64,000 bases of DNA from an uncultured Oscillospiraceae bacterium (GTDB lineage Bacteria; Bacillota; Clostridia; Saccharofermentanales; Fastidiosipilaceae): the NCBI GenBank assembly GCA_964574395.1, contig CAZNNL010000002.1:2650-66649 (forward strand), in the 5' to 3' direction. This document shows, in pieces, positions 56,792 to 64,000 of the stretch. The first letter of the stretch is position 1. The number at the start of each line of letters is the position of its first letter. A program made the position numbers and the translations under genes. The notes below the pieces were generated by a model. It searched no databases, was not told where the DNA came from, and was given only the letters and a program-made list of their open reading frames with translations.

Positions 56792-57694
56792 ATGGCTATT
56801 TCAACATATAGAATACAAATTAGTGAGCAGGGGGAGGAACTACTTGAACATGGTTCCACTGCTTTCCCGGTAGCTTGTTATCACGATGATTTAAAAGCAG
56901 ACAAAGTTCCCTGGCATTGGCATGATCAAGTGGAGATTGCCCTTGTGACAGAAGGACAAGTTGTCGTGGCAGCAGGTAAGGAGAAGCTCATCATTCCTGA
57001 GGGCGACGGTTTTTTCGTTAATGTCGGCGTACTCCATTCTGTTTGGGATGTCGATTGCAGTTCATGTCGCTTGCACTCAATGGTTTTTCTTCCACGCTTT
57101 GTTGCAGGTGGAGTAGACAGTGTAATTTGGCAAAAATATGTCTACCCACTAATCACTGATAAATGCCAAAATGTCTTGCATTTTTCTCAAAATATCCCCT
57201 GGCAAAACGAAATCCTTCAATCCATAGAAAACGCATGGCAAGGCTTAGCACATGAAGAAGCAGGTTTTGAATTCCAAGTACGCGAAGATGTATCGCGTGT
57301 CGTCTATTGTTTATCAAAGCAGCGCCCGAAAACACTAAAACTACCAAGTGAAAAATCATTAAGAGACAGTGAACGTATTAAAAAAATGTTGCTTTTTATA
57401 CAAGAACATTATGCTGAACCCATCACAGCTGCCGACATTGCTGAGAGTGCTTTAATCAGCGAAAGCGAGTGCCTACGCTGCTTTCGCAATACTATTGATA
57501 CGACCCCAATCCAATATTTAAAAAACTTCCGCCTACAAAAGGCAGCGGACTATTTGCTTGCTTCACAGCTTGGAATCGCAGATATAGCCTCACGTTGTGG
57601 GTTTCAAGAGATGAGTTATTTTGCCAAAACCTTTAGAGAACTACGCGGAATGACGCCTTCTGAGTTTAGAAGAGTGAAGCAAGTGCAGCAATAA
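56792..57694 (+). CDS. AraC-family transcriptional regulator (cupin + HTH)
   Basis: Cupin-like N-domain (HWHDQVEIALV) and a C-terminal double HTH (SESECLRCFRNTIDTTPIQYLKNFRLQKAADYL ... IASRCGFQEMSYFAKTFRELRGMTPSEFR). Confidence 0.9.
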   Translation: MAISTYRIQISEQGEELLEHGSTAFPVACYHDDLKADKVPWHWHDQVEIALVTEGQVVVAAGKEKLIIPEGDGFFVNVGVLHSVWDVDCSSCRLHSMVFLPRFVAGGVDSVIWQKYVYPLITDKCQNVLHFSQNIPWQNEILQSIENAWQGLAHEEAGFEFQVREDVSRVVYCLSKQRPKTLKLPSEKSLRDSERIKKMLLFIQEHYAEPITAADIAESALISESECLRCFRNTIDTTPIQYLKNFRLQKAADYLLASQLGIADIASRCGFQEMSYFAKTFRELRGMTPSEFRRVKQVQQ

Positions 57695-57730
57695 TCTCCT
57701 GCGTATCTACATGAAATAAAAGCGAGAAAT

Positions 57731-57754
57731 AAAAAAAGCTCCCTTGCGGGAGCT
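57731..57754 (-). terminator. intrinsic terminator after tRNA-Leu
   Basis: AGCTCCC-GCAA-GGGAGCT followed on the minus strand by TTTTTTT. Confidence 0.8.
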
Positions 57755-57756
57755 AC

Positions 57757-57842
57757 TGGTGCGGGAAACAGGACTTGAACCTGCATGATCAAGGATCACT
57801 AATACCTGAAACTAGCGCGTCTGCCAATTCCGCCATTCCCGC
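57757..57842 (-). tRNA. tRNA-Leu (anticodon CAG)
   Basis: An 86-nt class II tRNA on the minus strand: acceptor GCGGGAA/TTCCCGC, anticodon stem CTAGT/ATTAG with loop TTCAGGT, a long variable arm, T-loop TTCAAGT, encoded CCA. Confidence 0.9.
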
Positions 57843-57853
57843 AGTACCTGAAA

Positions 57854-57882
57854 ATTCTATATCATATTTTGGGGCTTTGCAA
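57854..57882 (-). promoter_or_regulatory. candidate promoter of tRNA-Leu
   Basis: On the minus strand, TTGCAA, a 17-nt spacer, then TAGAAT, ending 11 nt before the tRNA 5' end. Confidence 0.5.
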
Positions 57883-57964
57883 GTGAACGAGAAATTTCGT
57901 TCTTCTTAACATTGACCTGCTATACTTGTAGGTGCGAGTGGTCTCGCAATTTAGGAGGATTCAT

Positions 57965-59407
57965 ATGAAAAATGGCGTCATGCTTCAATCGTTCGAGTGG
58001 AATACTTATGGCGAAGGACGATTTTATAAAGAATTAGCTAAAAAAGCCAAGGAGCTTAAAGAAGCCGGTATAACGGGCGTCTGGTTACCACCTGCCTCCA
58101 AAGGCACTTCAGATATGGACGTTGGCTATGGCGTATACGACTTATATGATTTAGGTGAGTTTGATCAAAAGGGATCCGTACGTACAAAATATGGTACGAA
58201 AAAAGAACTCATTGCTGCCATAAAGGCATTAAAGAAGGAAGGTCTGGAAGTATATGCAGACCTCGTATTAAATCATAAAGCTAACGCAGATGAGACTGAA
58301 CTTGTCCAGGCAGTTAAAGTAGATCCACAAGACCGTAACAAAGAAATTTCGGAACCAATGGAAATTGAAGCTTGGACCAAATTTACTTTCCCTGGTCGTG
58401 GGAAAAAATACTCTGATTTTCAATGGAACTGGACCCATTTTACGGGTGTAGACTCAGATGCACGAACGGGTGAGCATGGTATTTTTAAGCTTATTGGAGC
58501 GGACAAAAATTGGTCGCAGAATGTGTCAACCGAATTAGGCAACTTTGATTATCTCATGTTTGCAGACGTAGACGTTGCGCATCCAGATGTCCGCGAAGAA
58601 TATTTTAAATATGCAGAATGGTTGGTCAACGAACTCGGGCTAGATGGCTTTCGCTTAGATGCCGTGAAGCATATCGACTCTGAGTTTATGAACGACTTTA
58701 TCTCACACATAAAAGCCAAAGCAGGTGATGAATTCTATGCCGTAGGTGAGTACTGGCTCTACGATGAGGCAGCAACCAATCATTACTTGTATAAAACAGA
58801 TTACGATATGGATCTGTTTGACGTTGGTCTACATTTCAATTTTCAAAACGCCGCCAAAGCAGGCGAAGACTATGACTTAAGAAAAATATTTGATAACAGC
58901 ATTGTTCAAGAACACCCACAACTTGCTGTGACATTTGTAGACAATCATGATAGTCAACCAGGTCAAGCTCTAGAATCCTGGGTTGATGCTTGGTTTAAGC
59001 CATTGGCTTACGCTATGGTTTTATTGCGTAAAGACGGCTATCCGTGTGTGTTTGCGGGCGATTACTACGGTATTGAAGGTGACGAACAAAACCAAGGGCA
59101 TGCTGACTACATTAATCGTCTTATCAAAATTCGTCAGGAGTTTGTCTTCGGTGAACAGAAAGATCTTTTCCAAGACGAGCACTGTATTGGCTGGGTTTTA
59201 TATGGTGATGAAAATCATCCTGGCAAAATGGTGGTAGGCGTCAACAATGCTTCTGATAACGCATTACATGTGGACATGGGTTCAGAAATGGCGGGTAAAA
59301 CATTCGTCAATAAACTCAATGAAGAACAGGACCAAGTTGTGTTGGACGAGGATGGCAAAGCAGATTTCCCTATCCCAGGCGGTGGAGTCGCGGTATGGGT
59401 AGGCTAA
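57965..59407 (+). CDS. GH13 alpha-amylase (no signal peptide, probably cytoplasmic)
   Basis: NGVMLQSFEWN, DLVLNHK, GFRLDAVKHI, EYW, FVDNHD. ATG 57965 lies behind TAGGAGGA. Confidence 0.9.
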   Translation: MKNGVMLQSFEWNTYGEGRFYKELAKKAKELKEAGITGVWLPPASKGTSDMDVGYGVYDLYDLGEFDQKGSVRTKYGTKKELIAAIKALKKEGLEVYADLVLNHKANADETELVQAVKVDPQDRNKEISEPMEIEAWTKFTFPGRGKKYSDFQWNWTHFTGVDSDARTGEHGIFKLIGADKNWSQNVSTELGNFDYLMFADVDVAHPDVREEYFKYAEWLVNELGLDGFRLDAVKHIDSEFMNDFISHIKAKAGDEFYAVGEYWLYDEAATNHYLYKTDYDMDLFDVGLHFNFQNAAKAGEDYDLRKIFDNSIVQEHPQLAVTFVDNHDSQPGQALESWVDAWFKPLAYAMVLLRKDGYPCVFAGDYYGIEGDEQNQGHADYINRLIKIRQEFVFGEQKDLFQDEHCIGWVLYGDENHPGKMVVGVNNASDNALHVDMGSEMAGKTFVNKLNEEQDQVVLDEDGKADFPIPGGGVAVWVG

Positions 59408-59469
59408 TTTCTACTTGAAAAATGAACGTATTTTGTCTTTACAGTGAATTGCTAGAATATTAATCTTAT

Positions 59470-59750
59470 CTAAACCGTTGAATCGGAAAAGTAGAGTAAG
59501 TGCTCTGGTTTCAGAGAGTCGCCGCTGGTGTGAATGCGATACAGGAACTTATTTGAATGGTCCGATGAGGGCGACCTGAGCCGTAGTGTATAAACACTTT
59601 GGGGTAGGGAAGACGAAAACCTCGCGTCAGGAGGTGTGCGCATGTTGGTGCGTATGAGTGGACGTATTTTTACGTCAAGCCGGGTGGTACCGCAGGAGTG
59701 AAGACTCTTGTCCCTGCAGCAGCAGTTTAGGGGACATGGGTCATTTTTTA
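59470..59750 (+). promoter_or_regulatory. T-box leader, probable Trp (UGG) specifier
   Basis: Stem I elements AGAGAG and CTGGTGTGAA, with GAA-TGG in the specifier-loop position (59564-59569). The T-box sequence GCCGGGTGGTACCGCAGG is at about 59678-59695. A terminator helix GACTCTTGTCCCT/AGGGGACATGGGTC is followed by ATTTTTTA. Confidence 0.8.
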
Positions 59751-59784
59751 TGCCTTTGTCTCAAAAGAAAAGGAGAAGAGATCA

Positions 59785-61170
59785 ATGGCTAAACAGATTC
59801 CTTACAAAACCATCTTAAAAGAAGATGAAATTCCAAAGGCGTATTACAATGTTACCGCGGATATGAAAACAATTCATCGACCGATTCTGAATCCCGGTAC
59901 TATGCAGCCGATGACGGTAGACGAGCTTTCTGCGGTGTTTTGCCGAGAATTAGCAGCACAAGAATTGAATCATACTGATCGGTTTATCCCAATTCCAGAA
60001 GAGGTCCAAGAATTTTATAAGATGTATCGTCCGTCGCCCCTTGTCCGTGCGTACTTTTTAGAAAAGGCACTAGGCACCCCTGCCCATATTTACTATAAAT
60101 TCGAGGGTGGAAATACTTCGGGCTCGCACAAACTAAACTCAGCTATTGCTCAGGCATATTACGCCAAGAAGCAAGGCTTGAAGGGCATTACGACAGAAAC
60201 AGGTGCTGGTCAATGGGGTACAGCCTTGTCTATGGCTTGCGCGTACTTTGACTTAGACTTAAAAGTGTTTATGGTTAAAGTATCAGCCGAGCAAAAACCG
60301 TACAGAAAGATTGTCATGGAGACTTACGGTGCCTCCGTAACGCCTTCACCTTCAAATACAACCGAAACAGGACGCAAAATGTTGGCAGAAAACCCAACGA
60401 GCGGCGGATCCTTAGGCTCCGCGATATCGGAAGCTGTTGAAACGGCCATGGGTTCGGAAGACTATCGCTACACCTTAGGTTCTGTACTAAATCAGGTGCT
60501 CTTACACCAGTCCATCATTGGTCTCGAGACAAAAGCAGCCTTAGACAAAATTGAAGTCGAAGCTGATATTGTGATTGGTTGTGCGGGTGGCGGATCAAAT
60601 TTAGGTGGCTTGATGTCAGCATTTATGATGGACAAACTGGCAGGGAAGCGTGCACCATACTTTATTGCGGTTGAGCCTGCATCCTGTCCTTCGTTGACGC
60701 GTGGTCGTTTTGCCTATGACTTTTGTGATATGGGTCAAGTGACACCATTGGCAAAAATGTACACCCTAGGTGCGACCTACCTTCCTTCACCGAGTCATGC
60801 AGGAGGCCTACGTTTTCATGGCATGAGCCCCATTCTTTCACAGCTCTATCATGATGGTTTTATTGATGAAGCACGTGCAGTAACGCAAAATGAGATTTTC
60901 GAGGCAGCAACATTGTTCTCAAGAACTGAGGGCCTTTTACCTGCACCTGAGTCCGCTCACGCGATTCATGCTGCCATCGATGAAGCAATGAAGTGTAAAG
61001 AAAGTGGCGAACACAAAAACATCGTCTTTGGTTTGACAGGAACTGGTTACTTTGACTTAGCTGCCTACCAAGCATTTAATGAAGGCAATTTAAGCGATAA
61101 ACTCCCCAGTGATGAAGACTTAGCACTAGGATTTTCTAGAATTCCTGCTCAACCCGACTCAAACGAGTAG
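59785..61170 (+). CDS. trpB: TrpB2-type tryptophan synthase beta-like PLP enzyme
   Basis: Long-form (461 aa) TrpB with the YYKFEGGNTSGSHKLNSA lysine motif and GCAGGGSN. Confidence 0.85.
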   Translation: MAKQIPYKTILKEDEIPKAYYNVTADMKTIHRPILNPGTMQPMTVDELSAVFCRELAAQELNHTDRFIPIPEEVQEFYKMYRPSPLVRAYFLEKALGTPAHIYYKFEGGNTSGSHKLNSAIAQAYYAKKQGLKGITTETGAGQWGTALSMACAYFDLDLKVFMVKVSAEQKPYRKIVMETYGASVTPSPSNTTETGRKMLAENPTSGGSLGSAISEAVETAMGSEDYRYTLGSVLNQVLLHQSIIGLETKAALDKIEVEADIVIGCAGGGSNLGGLMSAFMMDKLAGKRAPYFIAVEPASCPSLTRGRFAYDFCDMGQVTPLAKMYTLGATYLPSPSHAGGLRFHGMSPILSQLYHDGFIDEARAVTQNEIFEAATLFSRTEGLLPAPESAHAIHAAIDEAMKCKESGEHKNIVFGLTGTGYFDLAAYQAFNEGNLSDKLPSDEDLALGFSRIPAQPDSNE

Positions 61171-61914
61171 CTCTAAAATTTGTTTTTTATAGTTCAAGAA
61201 TTCCGGCTGGAGATAAAAATCTGGCCGGCGCTTGAGCGTTTGATCTATCACGATTTCATGTGCGATTTGGCCAGGGTTGGCTGTCAGTATTAAGATTCGA
61301 TCCGAGAGCTTAATCGCTTCGTCAACATCGTGCGTAATAAACAATGTCGACAGTTGTAGTTTTTCCATGATGTTCAAATACCAGCTGTGGACTTGTGCTT
61401 TAGTTATTGCGTCAAGCGCTGAAAATGGTTCATCCAAGAGAGCGACATCTTGGGAGAATAGATAGGTGCGTAAGAGTGCTGCACGTTGCGCCATGCCTCC
61501 AGATATTTGATGTGGATATTTGTGCTCAAAGCCAGCAAGTCCGAAAGCAGAGAAGTAAGGGGCAGCTTTTGCCCTTGCTGCATCGCGCGAAACGCCTTTG
61601 ACTAAGAGAGGTAGGCAAACATTATCTAATATAGTCAAATGCTTTAGTAAGAGATCCTTTTGCAACATGTAAGCAACCTGGCCTTGCTTGCCGGTGATAT
61701 CAACACCACGCAGGCATATGTTGCCTTCGTCAGGCAAAAGCAAGCCGGAGATTAGGTTGAAAAGGGTCGTTTTGCCACTACCACTAATGCCTAAAAGCGA
61801 GATAATCTCACCTTGATAAAGTTTTAGGTCAACATTATCTAAGACTTCGTGCTCACCAAAGCTTTTACTCAGTTTATTAACTTCTAAAACTAGATTATCA
61901 GGGGAGGTAGTCAT
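61159..61914 (-). CDS. ABC transporter ATP-binding protein (NitT/TauT family)
   Basis: Walker A GISGSGKTT, signature ISGGMAQR, Walker B LLDEPFSALD. I prefer ATG 61914 (MTTSPDNLVLEVNKLSKSF). Confidence 0.85.
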   Translation of the reverse strand: MTTSPDNLVLEVNKLSKSFGEHEVLDNVDLKLYQGEIISLLGISGSGKTTLFNLISGLLLPDEGNICLRGVDITGKQGQVAYMLQKDLLLKHLTILDNVCLPLLVKGVSRDAARAKAAPYFSAFGLAGFEHKYPHQISGGMAQRAALLRTYLFSQDVALLDEPFSALDAITKAQVHSWYLNIMEKLQLSTLFITHDVDEAIKLSDRILILTANPGQIAHEIVIDQTLKRRPDFYLQPEFLNYKKQILELLV

Positions 61915-62926
61915 TCGTGAAACCTGTATCCTTAGGTATTTCTTGCTCAATCAGTTGATTATCCCAGAGCCACGCATAAAAAGCATTCCAACGCTCAGGA
62001 CTAATTTCTCCCCAGCGAGTGCCATCAGCGATATATTGCTTTGCCAACCACGATTGACTTGCTTTGACTAGCTTAGGGTCCAGTTCAGGTGCTGCTTCCA
62101 AAAGAATGTCTGCAGCCGCTTCAGGATTTTCAATGGCATAATTGTAGCCCTTTGTTGTAGCGCGTAAGAAAGCTTTTACAATTTCTGGGTCTTCGGCTAA
62201 AAGCTTATCATTTGCAATGATGGTTGGGGAGTAATAATCAAAGACAGGGTTAATGTCGGCAAAATTCCAATAGTTGGTATCGAGCCCCGCCAATTGCGTG
62301 GCAATGCCATCCCACGCATAGAAAATCCAAACTGCATCAATATTAGTCTGTAAGGCGCTGACGACATCAGTCACCATAGATGGAATGAGCTCTAGTTGTG
62401 AGAAATCACCACCAGCAGTTTCCATCACATTCTTCATCATTGCTTGCTCGACTGGTAAGCCCCAAGTGGCATACTTTTTACCTTCAAGTCCTTTTGGAGT
62501 AGCGATGTTTTTATCTTTCAGTGAGATAACACCCGAGGTATTGTGATTGATGATTGCTGCGATGCTGGTGACGGGGAGTGGGGTAGAGGAAGTATAAGCA
62601 GGGGCGATGCTGTCTTGAAAAGATACTGCAAAATCAGCATTCCCTGCCGCTACAAGTGCCTCAGCTCCACCCTCAGGCGGTTGTTGAATATCCAAGTCTA
62701 TGCCTTCTTCTTCGAAATATGCAAGTTTTTTGGCAACATATATACCCGTGTGATTGGTGTTTGGAGTCCAATCAAGAATAAAACTCATTTTCCTTAGTGC
62801 GGTTTTTTCGGAATCACTCGTTTTAGTGCTTGTTTGTACATTTGTAGTCGTTGTGCCTGCACACGCTGTTAGTCCAATCATTATTGAAAAACTAAGTAAT
62901 ACCGCTAATGCTTTGATATTTTTCAT
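61898..62926 (-). CDS. NMT1/THI5-like substrate-binding lipoprotein (ThiY-like)
   Basis: Lipobox LTAC after a signal peptide, and a periplasmic-binding fold of the NitT/TauT type. It lies next to the YkoF-like gene. Confidence 0.75.
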   Translation of the reverse strand: MKNIKALAVLLSFSIMIGLTACAGTTTTNVQTSTKTSDSEKTALRKMSFILDWTPNTNHTGIYVAKKLAYFEEEGIDLDIQQPPEGGAEALVAAGNADFAVSFQDSIAPAYTSSTPLPVTSIAAIINHNTSGVISLKDKNIATPKGLEGKKYATWGLPVEQAMMKNVMETAGGDFSQLELIPSMVTDVVSALQTNIDAVWIFYAWDGIATQLAGLDTNYWNFADINPVFDYYSPTIIANDKLLAEDPEIVKAFLRATTKGYNYAIENPEAAADILLEAAPELDPKLVKASQSWLAKQYIADGTRWGEISPERWNAFYAWLWDNQLIEQEIPKDTGFTNDYLP

Positions 62927-63696
62927 TCTTTCATTTCCTTTCTATCCCATGGCATTGCAATTTTCTTGATATAGTCGAGCAGGCTCAGGAGAGCTAAGCT
63001 CAGCATAGATATAAGAAAAATGACAGCGAACATTTTGTCGTATGAGTAAGAAGCTTTGACCCTAGTCATGTAGACCCCCAGACCTTGATTGCCACCTAAC
63101 CATTCCGCTATGACAGCACCTACGACTGCATATGATGCGGCTATTTTTAGAGAAGAAAAAAACGGTGTAAGGCTACTAGGCCATTTGATGTATTTAAAGA
63201 TTTGGGCTTTACTGGCCCCCATTGCTTGTAACAGTTTTATCTCATCTGGATCAGCGCTGCGGAATCCTTCCAGAAGATTAGTCGTAATTGGGAAGAAAGT
63301 TACGATGAGAATCAAAACGACTTTTGGCGCAATCCCATAACCCATCCACAACACGAGCAGTGGAGCAATAGCAACCGTCGGAATGGTTTGCGTAAGCACG
63401 AGAATGGGATAGAGCGCCCGTCTCATGATAGTAAAGCGATCCATTAGCAGCGCAAACACAAAACCTAGTAAAATGCCTAAGCCTAAACCTAAGCCAGCTT
63501 CCCAAAGTGTAATCCACAAGTTTTTCATGAGTAAGGGAAAATCATTCACGAAAGCCTTAAGTACATCTATTGGAGATGGCAAAAGAAACTTCGGCACCAA
63601 GCCCAAGCTTGATACGCTTTGCCAAACAATTAACAAAACGATAATTAGAAGTGGCGCATAAAGATTAATGCGAATATTTGCCAACTTTTTCATCAA
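62923..63696 (-). CDS. ABC transporter permease (NitT/TauT family)
   Basis: Six-TM BPD-type permease with an EAA-like loop (LLQAMGASKAQIFKYIKWP). Confidence 0.85.
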   Translation of the reverse strand: MMKKLANIRINLYAPLLIIVLLIVWQSVSSLGLVPKFLLPSPIDVLKAFVNDFPLLMKNLWITLWEAGLGLGLGILLGFVFALLMDRFTIMRRALYPILVLTQTIPTVAIAPLLVLWMGYGIAPKVVLILIVTFFPITTNLLEGFRSADPDEIKLLQAMGASKAQIFKYIKWPSSLTPFFSSLKIAASYAVVGAVIAEWLGGNQGLGVYMTRVKASYSYDKMFAVIFLISMLSLALLSLLDYIKKIAMPWDRKEMKE

Positions 63697-63970
63697 TACT
63701 CAAAATCTCCTGCTCCGGTGCATAAGATGTCTTAATATACGCTGAAACTGCATCAGCACCTGCTTCTATACAAATTTCATGACAACGTCTAATAATCTGC
63801 ATAAGCGTATCAAAATCCCCTTCGACAGTTGTTTCGAAAGGTCCGACAAAAAACTTTAACCCGGTTGAGGCAATGTATGCGATAACCTCATCAACGATAC
63901 GTACAACTTCAGCAGTACTAGTATCTTTTGACCTTGGTAGTACTTGTATGGCAATACTTGAATGGACCAT
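63665..63970 (-). CDS. MTH1187/YkoF-family thiamine-binding protein
   Basis: A 101-aa protein, SIAIQVLP ... GPFETTVEGD, typical of the DUF77/YkoF fold. It is the first gene of the thiamine-precursor ABC operon. Confidence 0.7.
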   Translation of the reverse strand: MVHSSIAIQVLPRSKDTSTAEVVRIVDEVIAYIASTGLKFFVGPFETTVEGDFDTLMQIIRRCHEICIEAGADAVSAYIKTSYAPEQEILSIDEKVGKYSH

Positions 63971-64000
63971 GATAATCCTCCTTATGGTTAAACCTGAAGG

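Noticed and set aside
63971-64000. TPP riboswitch expected upstream of the ykoF-thiXYZ-like operon
   Set aside because: Only 30 nt of upstream sequence lie inside the window, so it cannot be evaluated here.

Overview
This is a chromosomal segment of a moderately AT-rich Bacillota (Firmicutes) genome. Gene order and protein types look Clostridia-like: the ylmE-sepF tail of the dcw cluster, a HemZ-type radical SAM enzyme, ppx-ppk, and a second type IIA topoisomerase pair. Further conserved blocks are pepP-efp, asp23-amaP-nusB-xseAB-ispA-dxs-nadK-recN, rny, ymdB, lspA-rluD and phoH-pgpH-ybeY/era-recO. I support about 60 protein genes, three tRNAs (Gly-UCC, Arg-UCU, Leu-CAG), one T-box leader and several intrinsic terminators. 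Most of the window is ordinary housekeeping DNA. I see no CRISPR array, IS element, integrase, prophage or recognisable defence system, and no convincing novel multi-gene system. Six things stand out. (1) A 6.2-kb catechol meta-cleavage islet (xylT-like ferredoxin, catechol 2,3-dioxygenase, IclR regulator, semialdehyde hydrolase, hydratase, acetaldehyde dehydrogenase, aldolase) sits between rny and ymdB. Its dioxygenase is broken by an in-frame TAA and its hydrolase by a frameshift. (2) Two homologous ~190-nt composite inverted-repeat elements (11.3 kb and 25.3 kb) are each built from four copies of one ~23-nt module with identical internal spacing. (3) YbeY and Era are fused into one ORF. (4) Three genes (dxs, rny, a TIGR01906/Lit-like gene) have a conserved N-terminus and Shine-Dalgarno site that point to ATA/ATT initiation codons. 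(5) The PTS EIICB gene is frameshifted. (6) An XPD/DinG-type helicase carries an N-terminal PD-(D/E)XK nuclease domain. All functional calls come from reading the translated ORFs against remembered family motifs. No database search was run.
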